The position numbers and the translations under genes were made by a program. From Verrucomicrobiia bacterium (lineage in GTDB: Bacteria > Patescibacteriota > Saccharimonadia > Saccharimonadales > JAGQNK01): a DNA stretch of 64,000 bases. The DNA lies in NCBI GenBank assembly GCA_035489575.1, contig DATHJY010000013.1:219346-283345 (forward strand), in the 5' to 3' direction. The notes beneath the pieces were generated by a model. That model made no database searches. It worked only from the letters and a program-made list of their open reading frames with translations, and was not told the DNA's origin. Below, piece after piece: positions 16,385 through 25,983 of this stretch; positions within the stretch are counted from its first letter, which is position 1, and each line of letters begins with the position of its first letter.

Positions 16385-17515
16385 TCATTCGAGGACTATG
16401 CTCGTTATAGTCGCCCCTGCCTGGCCATCTTTGAATTGCACAGAAACTGTTTGATCTTTTTTGAGCTGCTTAACAGAGCTAAGTGTTTTATTACCTACCC
16501 GCACCAGCACATACCCACGTTGCAGTGCAGCCATCGGGCTCAGCGCACTCAACACTTGCTGCCTGAGGGTAAGCAGCTGCCGCTCGTCAACCAAGAGCTG
16601 TCCGACAAGCGTAGTCAGGTTGCCCACGCTGTCCTTCAGAAGCTGCTGCGCATCACTGACGTTTCGCTGCAGATAAGTACCCAGCGTGACCTGTGCGTCG
16701 TTCAATTGCTGCAGCACGTGCCGCTTGTCTGGCACCAGCAATTGTGCCGCGTTGGATGGCGTACTTGCCCGCTGATCAGCCGCCAGCTCCGCCAGACTCA
16801 TGTCTACCTCGTGCCCAATGGCAACCAAGGTCACAACCCGGCTGCCGGCTACTGCCCGCGTAACCTGCTCTGTGCTAAATGCAGCTAGATCTTCTGCACT
16901 ACCGCCACCACGAGTGATCACTATCACGTCTGCCGGGTTCTCGTGTGTATTGAAGTAATCCAGTGCGGCAACGATCTGCCCAGGCGCCACTTCGCCCTGC
17001 ACCTGCACATCTGCCAGCTCTATATCTACCCCGCCCCAGCGTTCCTGCATGATCTTGATAAAGTCATGGTAGGCAGCGGATTCGCCAGAAGTTATCAGAC
17101 CGACCCGCTTTGGCGGATACGGTAGCGACCGCTTACGGCTGTCGTCAAACAAGCCTTCGGTTCGTAGCTTTGCTTCTAGTAAGGCTGCTGCCCGGCGCAG
17201 TGATCCCTCACCCACAGGCTGCAAGGATTGAACCGTAATGCTAAACCCATAAAGCGGATGGAGTCGAGGCGTGCCAGTTACCTGTATCATTAATCCATCC
17301 TCTAGCGGTCCTGACAGCTGGTACACCGTACCAAAAAATTTTACGTTGGCGTTCTCGTCTTTTAAGTCAAAATATACCCATCTGTTCTTACTGACGCGAA
17401 AGTTCGCCAGCTCGCCCACTATCGTAACTATCGGATAGGCATATTCAATCGTCTGGTTAAAGACAGCTACAAAATCCGAGACCGTCAGGACAAGGTCAGA
17501 GCTCATCAGTATCAC
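16385..17515 (-). CDS. xseA: Exodeoxyribonuclease VII large subunit
   Basis: 376 aa. It has an N-terminal OB fold (LTVSDFVAVFNQTIEYAYPIVTIVGELANFRVSKNRWVYFDLKD) and the catalytic region ITRGGGSAEDLAAF. Confidence 0.9.
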   Translation of the reverse strand: MILMSSDLVLTVSDFVAVFNQTIEYAYPIVTIVGELANFRVSKNRWVYFDLKDENANVKFFGTVYQLSGPLEDGLMIQVTGTPRLHPLYGFSITVQSLQPVGEGSLRRAAALLEAKLRTEGLFDDSRKRSLPYPPKRVGLITSGESAAYHDFIKIMQERWGGVDIELADVQVQGEVAPGQIVAALDYFNTHENPADVIVITRGGGSAEDLAAFSTEQVTRAVAGSRVVTLVAIGHEVDMSLAELAADQRASTPSNAAQLLVPDKRHVLQQLNDAQVTLGTYLQRNVSDAQQLLKDSVGNLTTLVGQLLVDERQLLTLRQQVLSALSPMAALQRGYVLVRVGNKTLSSVKQLKKDQTVSVQFKDGQAGATITSIVLE

Positions 17516-18566
17516 GCTCTAAATGGTCTTCTATCTGGGGCTGAGCGTGCAAGGTGCGATGATAAAAGAAATAGCCGGGAATCAGCTGTACGGCCATGCT
17601 GAGAATACGGTACATCACCGTCACTGGCAGGCTTAAGGCTGCCGGTATACCACCCGCTGCCAACACCGCAGTCATGAGTGCCTCATATATACCAATGCCG
17701 CCAGGCAATATAGAAATAAGTCCAGCAAAATTGGCCACAGCGTAGGCCAAAATAACCGCTCCGATATTCACCCACTGGCCAAAGGCAACGTACACGGCGT
17801 AAATGGTCATAAGCTCTGCCACAACGCTCAGGAGCGCCCACCACAAAGGCCGGTTGAGGGCCGTAATATCACGCCTAATTTGCATGTAGTTCTCGTGCAG
17901 CTCGGTAAAGGCTTTTTTAGCCCGCGTCACACTGATGGTTTCGGGGTGCTTTGGCCGAAAGATATGAATAACGCCGTTAATAAGTTTTGTCAGAAAAACA
18001 AAAAACGTATTGATACGTGACTTACTGCCAACAATAAAAGCGGCCACAAAAGTCAGCACCAAGATAAGCGTACTGAGAATGCCGGCTATCAAAATAGCAA
18101 AGTCGTTGGCCTTGCCGCCTATAGCCAGTGCGCATAGCCCCACAAACAACAATATTTGCACCGAGACAAATATCAGAATAAAACGGAATATCTGCACCAG
18201 CGTGGCCTTGGCTGTCGATATATTTTCATCACGCAGCCGTATATTGATATACGAAAAGCCACTTACGCCCCCACTGGGAAAGACGGTGTTTACAAAGTTC
18301 AGTTCCAGCGCCAAGCGCATCATAGAGCGCGTACGAAACCTGGTGCCAACAGCCCGAAACAGCCCTTGGTACAGTTTTGCCTGCGCAAAGTAGTTGAGTG
18401 TCTGCGTGAGCGGTATGAGCAGAAGATACCACAGCTCTACCTCACCAAAATTTTTATAGGTCTCGGCAAGTTGGCGCCGAACCGCGTAAGTGAGTCCCAC
18501 GAGCGCCACTATAGTAAAGATATTTAACGCGGTTTTCCATCTCCGCGAACGAAGTTTATCGGTCAT
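17496..18566 (-). CDS. Lysylphosphatidylglycerol-synthase TM-region / flippase-like (UPF0104) membrane protein
   Basis: 356 aa with about 8 TM helices. The RRWKTALNIFTIVALVGLTY start and the SILPGGIGIYEALM motif are typical of this family. Confidence 0.7.
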   Translation of the reverse strand: MTDKLRSRRWKTALNIFTIVALVGLTYAVRRQLAETYKNFGEVELWYLLLIPLTQTLNYFAQAKLYQGLFRAVGTRFRTRSMMRLALELNFVNTVFPSGGVSGFSYINIRLRDENISTAKATLVQIFRFILIFVSVQILLFVGLCALAIGGKANDFAILIAGILSTLILVLTFVAAFIVGSKSRINTFFVFLTKLINGVIHIFRPKHPETISVTRAKKAFTELHENYMQIRRDITALNRPLWWALLSVVAELMTIYAVYVAFGQWVNIGAVILAYAVANFAGLISILPGGIGIYEALMTAVLAAGGIPAALSLPVTVMYRILSMAVQLIPGYFFYHRTLHAQPQIEDHLERDTDEL

Positions 18567-18642
18567 TCGATAGTATTATAGCGGATCATCGCATAGAGTG
18601 CCCGCGTGCATAGCATTGTTGGTTCATCTATACTTATAACTT

Positions 18643-19863
18643 ATGAGTGATACCGTAGCCATTTTGGGGCGCCAGCCCACCCTTGGTCTTGCCGAGTTAG
18701 AGAGTATCTGCGGGGCAGACAAGATTCAGCCCCTGCCAGGTGCAGCACTTGTTGGCATTGAGCCAGCAGATTTCCCCATGAGCCGGCTGGGAGGCACTAT
18801 GAAGGCCGCCAAGCTCCTTACCTTTCTTCCCTTTACAGACTGGGAAAAGATAGAGGCGTACTTGGTGATGGCCCTGCCCAAACATGTACCCGTGATCCCC
18901 GAAGGAAAGATTCGCCTGGGACTGAGTAGCTATGGCTTCAAAGTATCTATCAAGCGCCAAAACGCCACTGGCCTGACACTTAAAAAAGTCGTGAAACAGG
19001 CGGGACGATCAGTTCGTGTCGTTCCCAATGTCATGAACGAGCTCAATAGTGCCCAGGTACTCCACAATCAGCTGACAGGCCCCACTGGCATAGAACTGGT
19101 ACTTATAAAAGACGGCGACCAGACTGTTTTGGCCCAAACTTTTGCAGTTCAGGATATCGAAGCCTACGCTGCCCGCGATCAGGCCCGTCCCAAGCGTGAC
19201 GCAAGAGTGGGCATGCTACCGCCCAAGCTGGCACAGATTATCATAAATCTTGCAGATAACCGCGGTGGACAGCCGTGGGGCGAAGAACACCAGCAATACG
19301 TGCAAAAATCCTATGGCATAGCCGTGCTTGACCCCTTCTGCGGGACTGGCGTAATACTCCAAGAGGCTCTGCTTGCAGGGTACGATGCCTATGGCACAGA
19401 TCTAGATAGCCGAATGGTCGCCTATTCTAAAGAGAATCTTGAGTGGCTCTTTGACAAATTTGCGGACAACCTAGAGGAGCGTGCGTACCATCTGGAAGTA
19501 GCAGATGCAGCACAAGACACATGGCAAGGGTTCGACACCATAGCCTGCGAGACGTATTTGGGCCGACCATTTTCCGGACCACCGAAGCCCTCGACACTCA
19601 AAGAAGTCATGCAAGACGTAGATACTATCCATAAAAAGTTTCTCAAAAATGTAGCCAGTCAAACCAAACCAGGCTTTCGCATGTGTATTGCCGTCCCCGC
19701 CTGGAAAACTAGGTCGGGCTTTCAGCACCTGCCAATACTTGATTCTCTCGAGAGATTAGGGTATACTCGTGTAAGTTTTGCTCATGTGAGTAGCAAGGAT
19801 CTCCTCTACTATCGTGACGATCAGATCGTTGCCCGTGAGCTTGTAGTACTAATAAGGAAGTAA
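18643..19863 (+). CDS. Putative SAM-dependent RNA methyltransferase (Trm11/UPF0020-like)
   Basis: 406 aa. SAM motif I VLDPFCGTGVILQEALLAGYDAYGTDLD follows a long N-terminal substrate-binding-like region. Substrate unknown. Confidence 0.55.
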   Translation: MSDTVAILGRQPTLGLAELESICGADKIQPLPGAALVGIEPADFPMSRLGGTMKAAKLLTFLPFTDWEKIEAYLVMALPKHVPVIPEGKIRLGLSSYGFKVSIKRQNATGLTLKKVVKQAGRSVRVVPNVMNELNSAQVLHNQLTGPTGIELVLIKDGDQTVLAQTFAVQDIEAYAARDQARPKRDARVGMLPPKLAQIIINLADNRGGQPWGEEHQQYVQKSYGIAVLDPFCGTGVILQEALLAGYDAYGTDLDSRMVAYSKENLEWLFDKFADNLEERAYHLEVADAAQDTWQGFDTIACETYLGRPFSGPPKPSTLKEVMQDVDTIHKKFLKNVASQTKPGFRMCIAVPAWKTRSGFQHLPILDSLERLGYTRVSFAHVSSKDLLYYRDDQIVARELVVLIRK

Positions 19864-19865
19864 TT

Positions 19866-20138
19866 ATGTCAAAAGTTAAAGCTGGTGGTAGTTCAAAGAA
19901 TGTACACGACAGTCCTGGGCAACGCCTTGGCGTTAAGCTCTTTGGTGGCCAAAAGGTAAAAACTGGTCAGGTTATTGTTCGCCAAACCGGTCTTTCTAAG
20001 CGCGCCGGTAAAGGTGCTTTTGTCAGCCGCAATTACACTATCCACGCGGCCAAAGATGGCATCATAAAATTTCAGTCGCGCCGTGTCCGCCTCTTTAGCG
20101 GCCGCTCCGTTAAGCGCACTGAAGTCACCGTCGAATAA
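19866..20138 (+). CDS. rpmA: 50S ribosomal protein L27
   Basis: 90 aa. KAGGSSKNVHDSPGQRLGVKLFGGQKVKTGQVIVRQTG matches the L27 N-terminal signature. Confidence 0.9.
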   Translation: MSKVKAGGSSKNVHDSPGQRLGVKLFGGQKVKTGQVIVRQTGLSKRAGKGAFVSRNYTIHAAKDGIIKFQSRRVRLFSGRSVKRTEVTVE

Positions 20139-21206
20139 TTAGTAATCGTCCGGAACGTCACTTGCCGTCAACATGTAACTGTCATCTATTGTTGACCTGC
20201 TCTTGCTGACTACTACATTCAATTCATCGGCATATCGATACCCGTGCATAAACTCGCGTGCAAACGCACCTGCGATAGCATTCTGTAGTTCTTCGCCGTC
20301 CTCGCCGTAATCCTGCGGGAAAAAGATTGCAAGTTGTGCCGTCCGGCGATCGCGCTCTATGTCATACTTGGCATCGACCTTCAGCCGCTTGCCATTCCAC
20401 TCAATGTCGCAATACCCGCCTTCGTTTGCCTGAATAGCCTCATATATATACATATGAAGGTTAACTCTTGCCTGGACCGCATCGATAGCTAAGCGCTTTT
20501 CTGGGATATAAGCCCCCGCATTCTTGTCCAATACCCATGCTTCTTCAACCTCAAACCCCCGAACCACGCCGCGAAGCACATTGGCCTCCGAGTAAGCCCT
20601 GTCTGGCACTTCGTCGCTGGCCAGCCACGTCGTGTCAATTTTCACGTCCAATACTGGATCGCGCGCCTCTACCCTTTCGCGAGCTGGGGACCTGCGAGCC
20701 ATATCAGTCAAAAAGACTTCTTGAAAACCAGCAGCAGTTGCCTTCTCTTTCAGGCCACCTATCCAGGTGGTCGAACTGTCGTATCTTTGGTCTCGGACCG
20801 CATCGACGCGCAGATCAAAACCACCGTCCTCTCTTTTGACAGCCCAGCCTTTTGCTTTCACAGTTTCAGTGGTCAGACCATGTTTATTAGCAAAGTCAAT
20901 TAGCTCCGGGTAGTGATACCGCTCGTCATAGCTCCTCATCTCATCCATAAGTGAGTGATGACCTCCCACGGTTGCGCCATAAGAGCGAAGATCCCTAGGT
21001 GAAACTACCACTATAGGATCCCCTTCAACTAGATGTATTTCGGTATATGGCCCTGCGCCAGCAGGCGCATCACGAAATCGATCTAAAGCCTGGTGTATCA
21101 GTCCTACTTCGCTAGCGGAATCGGGCAAAGCTTCGTCATCCCAGGCAGGCGTAAACTGTGACTCGTCGCCGGATACTACTGTTTCATTTAAGGTGTTTGT
21201 TGTCAT
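20139..21206 (-). CDS. Hypothetical acidic protein (orphan)
   Basis: 355-aa ORF, Asp/Glu-rich, with no TM segment and no motif I recognise. Its stop codon abuts the rpmA stop codon with no spacer (taa/tta at 20136-20141). Confidence 0.5.
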   Translation of the reverse strand: MTTNTLNETVVSGDESQFTPAWDDEALPDSASEVGLIHQALDRFRDAPAGAGPYTEIHLVEGDPIVVVSPRDLRSYGATVGGHHSLMDEMRSYDERYHYPELIDFANKHGLTTETVKAKGWAVKREDGGFDLRVDAVRDQRYDSSTTWIGGLKEKATAAGFQEVFLTDMARRSPARERVEARDPVLDVKIDTTWLASDEVPDRAYSEANVLRGVVRGFEVEEAWVLDKNAGAYIPEKRLAIDAVQARVNLHMYIYEAIQANEGGYCDIEWNGKRLKVDAKYDIERDRRTAQLAIFFPQDYGEDGEELQNAIAGAFAREFMHGYRYADELNVVVSKSRSTIDDSYMLTASDVPDDY

Positions 21207-21261
21207 ATTATATAATACAACAATAGCATATTTCTAGAAAATAATCAATGCCTGACTACTG

Positions 21262-21687
21262 TTATACCGGGATACCAAGATGGTGCTTTATGCGTGCCAC
21301 CACGTCGGCAATAACAACTTGAGATTTTACCAGATAGTCATCTACGCCCATGCCTTCTGCACGCTGGCGGTCAGACTCCTGGCTGAGTGCGGTGAGCATG
21401 ATGACCTTGATATTGGTGGTCTCTGGGGTATTGCGCAGGATATCTAATACGTCAAAGCCGCTGACTTTGGGCATCATAACATCTAGAATGATCAAGTCTG
21501 GCTTGTAATCCAGAGCGGCAGCCAGCGCTTCTTCGCCATTGGGGACACGACGGGTGTCAAAACCTTCTGATTCAAGACGAACTTTATAAACTTTTGCAAG
21601 CGTGTCGTCATCCTCGACAAGCAAAATCTTTTTAGGATGAGCCGGGGCTGGTGCGGGTGCTGAGGTTTGTTGATCCATATCGCTCAT
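21262..21687 (-). CDS. Single-domain response regulator (CheY-like, canonical Asp)
   Basis: 141 aa with KKILLVEDDD, DLIILDVMMPKVSGFDVL, IMLTA and DDYLVKS, all canonical receiver motifs. There is no output domain. Confidence 0.85.
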   Translation of the reverse strand: MSDMDQQTSAPAPAPAHPKKILLVEDDDTLAKVYKVRLESEGFDTRRVPNGEEALAAALDYKPDLIILDVMMPKVSGFDVLDILRNTPETTNIKVIMLTALSQESDRQRAEGMGVDDYLVKSQVVIADVVARIKHHLGIPV

Positions 21688-21699
21688 GCTACCCCTTAA

Positions 21700-23310
21700 C
21701 TATGCCTTTTTCAAGGTTGCTTTTATAAAACCATCGAACATTGGGTGGGCCCGATTGGGGCGAGATTTGAATTCTGGGTGAAACTGACTAGCCATCAGGA
21801 ACGGGTGGTCTACGCCCTCTATTATTTCTACCAGGTCATTCTGAGGATTGATACCCACTGGCTTAATCCCCCAGCTTTCATACTGATCACGATAGGCATT
21901 GTTGGCCTCGTAACGATGACGGTGACGCTCCACGATCTTGGTTGTCCCGTATGCTTTAGCGGCCAAACTACCGGGTTTGATCTCGCAGTCATAGTTACCA
22001 AGCCGCATAGTGCCCCCGGTATTCTCCAGGCCTTCCTGCCCGGCCATAGTATGTATAACCAGGTTGGTGCTGTCCGAGTCTAATTCGGCAGAAGATGCAT
22101 CATGAAGACCCGCGTTGCGGGCCGCTGCTACAACTGCCATCTGCATTCCTAGGCAAAGCCCTAGGTAAGGTATTTTGGATTTCAGGGCATACTGAGCTGC
22201 CTTTATCTTGCCTTCTAGCCCACGGATGCCAAATCCGCCCGGCACGACAATGCCGTCCAGGTCATGTAAGGCTGCCGCCATATCAACAGTTGAATCCTGC
22301 AGGGCTTCGGCGTCGACCCACTTGATATGAATATTGGTGTCATTCCACCATGCAGCCGAACGCAATGCCTCAAAAACCGACATGTAGGTATCGGTATTGT
22401 CCATGTACTTTGCCACCACTCCGACTGTCACGTGTTTGTCGAACTTGGCAGTTGTTCGTTTTACCATATCACGCCAGTCTTTCAGATCTGGTTTCGAGAC
22501 CCTTAGGCCCAGCCTGTCCGCAATAACATCTGCAATGCCCGTATCTTCAAGCTCTATCGGTACCCCATAAATGCTGGGGGCGTTTGGAAGAAGCGCAATT
22601 GCTTCTTTGCCTACTCCACAGAATAAACTCAGTTTGTTTTTCACGTTCTCTGGAGATGGATTTTCACTGCGCGCTACCAGAATGTCCGGTGCAATACCTA
22701 GCCCTCTCAGATCCCGCACAGAGTTCTGCGCAGGCTTAGTCTTGAACTCATTGCTAGCCCCAAGGTACGGCATATAGACCACGTGTACATACAGGCAGTT
22801 CTCCTGACCAGCACGTATGCCAAACTCGCGAATAGCTTCTATGAAACTGAGGGATTCGTAGTCTCCAACTGTACCGCCAATCTCTACAATATGCACATCA
22901 AAGTCTTCGCCCGCCTTGTCAATATAATCCTGGATAGCGCCGGTTAGGTGAGGAATGATTTGCACGTCCTCGCCCTCGTACTTGCCGGCTCGCTCGTCCT
23001 GAATAACCTTTAGCAAGACTTTGCCGCTCATAAGGCTACTCGTCGTCGACAGCTCTTCGTCAATAAATCGTTCGTAGTGCCCTAGGTCTAGGTCAGTTTC
23101 TGCGCCGTCTTTTGTTACAAAACATTCCCCATGTTCACGCGGATTTAAAGTACCCGCATCTACATTCAGATACGGGTCGCATTTTTGGAGATTTACACTG
23201 AGTCCACGAGCCTTCAGGAGATTGCCGATTGAGGCGGCGGTTATGCCCTTGCCGAGTCCGGAAAGAACACCACCTGTTACAAATACGAACTTAGTCGCTT
23301 TTTTTGTCAT
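21700..23310 (-). CDS. pyrG: CTP synthase
   Basis: KFVFVTGGVLSGLGKG, and the glutamine amidotransferase motifs GLCLGMQ and HRHRYE. I placed the start at the ATG at 23310 (MTKKATKFVFVTGG), which has a GGAG about 11 nt upstream. The track ORF extends 14 codons further. Confidence 0.95.
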   Translation of the reverse strand: MTKKATKFVFVTGGVLSGLGKGITAASIGNLLKARGLSVNLQKCDPYLNVDAGTLNPREHGECFVTKDGAETDLDLGHYERFIDEELSTTSSLMSGKVLLKVIQDERAGKYEGEDVQIIPHLTGAIQDYIDKAGEDFDVHIVEIGGTVGDYESLSFIEAIREFGIRAGQENCLYVHVVYMPYLGASNEFKTKPAQNSVRDLRGLGIAPDILVARSENPSPENVKNKLSLFCGVGKEAIALLPNAPSIYGVPIELEDTGIADVIADRLGLRVSKPDLKDWRDMVKRTTAKFDKHVTVGVVAKYMDNTDTYMSVFEALRSAAWWNDTNIHIKWVDAEALQDSTVDMAAALHDLDGIVVPGGFGIRGLEGKIKAAQYALKSKIPYLGLCLGMQMAVVAAARNAGLHDASSAELDSDSTNLVIHTMAGQEGLENTGGTMRLGNYDCEIKPGSLAAKAYGTTKIVERHRHRYEANNAYRDQYESWGIKPVGINPQNDLVEIIEGVDHPFLMASQFHPEFKSRPNRAHPMFDGFIKATLKKA

Positions 23311-23392
23311 ACCTATAACGACTCCCTGTTTGTTATTTCTTGATACTACCACAAGCGTCTACAAAAGAATACAAATGATGTACAAACTACTT

Positions 23393-24616
23393 CTAACGCC
23401 GTAGAGAATTCAGGGCGGCATCTTTCTGAGGGTCTTTGCCGGCCTTGACGTCATCCGCTGTGCGTTCTACTTTTTGGTCTGGTTCAATACCCTCTTTGTC
23501 GATGTTTTTGCCGCCAGGAGTATACCAGCGAGCAATAGTAACTTTTAGCACACCGCCATCGCGCAGATGCTCCAGCTGCTGCACCGAACCTTTGCCAAAT
23601 GACTTTGTACCCATCAAGGTTGCCGCACCGTTGTCTTTTAGGGCACCAGCCAAGATCTCGCTTGCGCTCGCACTTCCCTCATCGATCAACACCACGGTCG
23701 GTACACCCTGAAGCATTGCGTACCCCTTGGACTTGTAGTCGCGAATAGTAACGCCGTCCCGCTTTTCTTGCAATACTGTCTTGCCCTTGGGCAGCCATTG
23801 ACTGGCCACTTCCACTGAGGCGTCAAGCAGTCCACCAGGATCGCTACGCAGGTCTACAATCACGCCCTTTACATTCTTCTGCTTAAACTCTGTAGCGGCT
23901 TGCTGCGCGAGCTCGTCCGTATCATCCGCGAACCGGCTGATCTTCATGTAGCCGATATTTCCTTCTTGCACGCTAAATTCTATGCTTGGAACAGTGATTG
24001 TCTGACGGGTGATATCAAAACTCAGCTCTTGGCTATTCTCGCGAATAATCTTTAGCTTTACGTTTGTACCAGCTGGCCCACGTATTTTGTTGACCGCCTC
24101 GCTGACACCAATATCATAGGCTGACTCACCATTTATTTCGGCAATAATGTCCTTGGGCTTTAGGCCAGCTTTTTCTGCTGGGTAGCCAGCGATTGGCGCG
24201 ACAATGACAACGGCGTTCTTGTCCTTGCTCAGTTCTGCACCAATACCACTGAAGTTGCCATTTAGGTCCTCGTCGAATTCCTTTGCTTCTTCGGCATTCA
24301 GATATTCGGTGTATTTATCGCCGCTGGCTTTCGCCATTCCCTGCAGAAGGCCGTCCACCAGCTTGTCGGAGTCTAGCTGACCATCAAACTCTTTCCGCAG
24401 AACATCATACATTTGTTCCACGCTGCTATAGTCAAGGTCAGCGGGCAATCCCTTGGAGACACTCTTCCGAAACAGTCTGTCACTGCCAAAAGCAATAGTG
24501 CCGCTACCGACTCCAATTCCGATATAAAAAGCAACGACAACTATGAGCAAAATTGCCAGTGTTCTCGCAAAGAGCATTTTCTTATTTTTTACATGCTCTA
24601 TAGTATTCTGTCTCAA
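23393..24616 (-). CDS. S41 family C-terminal processing peptidase with PDZ domain
   Basis: 407 aa. It has an N-terminal TM helix, a PDZ-like region (GYPAEKAGLKPKDIIAEING), and the S41 motifs VIVDLRSDPGGLL and VLIDEGSASASEILAGALKD. Confidence 0.9.
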   Translation of the reverse strand: MRQNTIEHVKNKKMLFARTLAILLIVVVAFYIGIGVGSGTIAFGSDRLFRKSVSKGLPADLDYSSVEQMYDVLRKEFDGQLDSDKLVDGLLQGMAKASGDKYTEYLNAEEAKEFDEDLNGNFSGIGAELSKDKNAVVIVAPIAGYPAEKAGLKPKDIIAEINGESAYDIGVSEAVNKIRGPAGTNVKLKIIRENSQELSFDITRQTITVPSIEFSVQEGNIGYMKISRFADDTDELAQQAATEFKQKNVKGVIVDLRSDPGGLLDASVEVASQWLPKGKTVLQEKRDGVTIRDYKSKGYAMLQGVPTVVLIDEGSASASEILAGALKDNGAATLMGTKSFGKGSVQQLEHLRDGGVLKVTIARWYTPGGKNIDKEGIEPDQKVERTADDVKAGKDPQKDAALNSLRR

Positions 24617-24696
24617 AGATCCCCTCCAGATAAATTCACTTTACCTCATTATCTCACAAGTCTAGGAACTTCGGCTGAGAATACCCTTAGACTCTT

Positions 24697-25887
24697 TTAG
24701 AAGTGAATAAAGACGAGGCCATTGGCCGAGATACGAGCCTCTGAATAATAGCCGTCGAGGCCTGCGTTGTACTGGCTAACGTAGATAGTACCATCGCCAT
24801 AGACGTGCTCGACATACATAGCATGGCCGTAGGTGCCACGGTTGCTAATAGCGACATCACCGGCTCGAGCACTGCTGTCCGCTGGTATACCGGCGTTTCG
24901 AGCGTTCTCGTCCCATTGGTTCGCATTGCCAATTCCGCCCCAGTATGGCATGTATCGTCCAGTGCTCCAGACTTTCCAGGCGGTATAACTGACACATTCG
25001 CGGTTATACATACCCCAAGAATCTACAATGGAGTCGATCGGTGCAAAGGCCCAGCCGCCGGGATAGCCACCGCCGCCGGGAATACCGGTTGGCACACGTC
25101 CGCCAAAGAGACGAGCGTTTTCAACGCCCTGCTGCTTACGTAGCTCTGCAACCTGTGCATTATTGTTCTTAATCTGTGCGTTCAGCTCGGCCTGCTGGCC
25201 TTGGTTTAGCCCAAGCAAACGATTTTGCTCGGCCTGCTGAGCAGCTACTTTGGACTGCATGACCTTCTGGTCGCCGATCATCTGCTCTAGGGTTTCGCGC
25301 TGGCTCTTCAGCTGCAGTTTGAGTGCGTTTACTTTATCAAGGGTGTCTTTTATCTTGTCTTTGACGCTATTGCGATACTGCTCTTTGTCGACAAACTCGC
25401 TCAAATCCTTGCTGGAAGCTAGCATTTCTAGCGTAGTGATGTCGCCTTCTAGATACATCGCCTTGATATTTTCGCCCAATAAGTTCTTTTGTTTGGCTAG
25501 CTCTGCCTCGGCAGTAACGATCTGTTTTTGCAGCTCGTCGCTCTTGCGCTGGTTCTCGTTTATCTGAGCTTGCAGGCTGTTGATTTCGCCCTGCATTCGA
25601 TTAATAACGTCCTGTAGGGTCGCTGCCTCAGCTCCCAGCTGCGCCCGAGACTGTACCCGTGTGGCAGAGTCTTGGCTAAGTGATCTAATCTGTTCGTCGA
25701 ATCGATCGGCAGTCACTAAAGGTGTCAACAAAAAACTGGCACCAAATACCAGCATACAGACTGCCGCAATAAGACGATGCCTATGACTTATGGTACTAGA
25801 ACTTATTCTGAGATGAGTTCCGGTATTTTTGATTTTTTGTTTTATCATTGTCAGATTTATCATACCATACCTGGTTAATAATTTCAA
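24697..25887 (-). CDS. PcsB-like peptidoglycan hydrolase: coiled-coil N-terminal half plus C-terminal CHAP domain
   Basis: 396 aa. It has a signal/anchor, a long heptad-rich region (QINENQRKSDELQKQIVTAEAELAKQKN...), and a CHAP domain with the catalytic Cys in NRECVSYTAWKV and His in GHAMYVEHV. It lies directly downstream of ftsEX. Confidence 0.8.
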   Translation of the reverse strand: MKLLTRYGMINLTMIKQKIKNTGTHLRISSSTISHRHRLIAAVCMLVFGASFLLTPLVTADRFDEQIRSLSQDSATRVQSRAQLGAEAATLQDVINRMQGEINSLQAQINENQRKSDELQKQIVTAEAELAKQKNLLGENIKAMYLEGDITTLEMLASSKDLSEFVDKEQYRNSVKDKIKDTLDKVNALKLQLKSQRETLEQMIGDQKVMQSKVAAQQAEQNRLLGLNQGQQAELNAQIKNNNAQVAELRKQQGVENARLFGGRVPTGIPGGGGYPGGWAFAPIDSIVDSWGMYNRECVSYTAWKVWSTGRYMPYWGGIGNANQWDENARNAGIPADSSARAGDVAISNRGTYGHAMYVEHVYGDGTIYVSQYNAGLDGYYSEARISANGLVFIHF

Positions 25888-25983
25888 CCCGCTTATCCTT
25901 AGAGAGCCTGGCGCAACACGGATGTGTCAGCGCAAACTTCTACCCTCTTTGTTAGATGTTAATGCATTTCAAAGTACTGTTTT

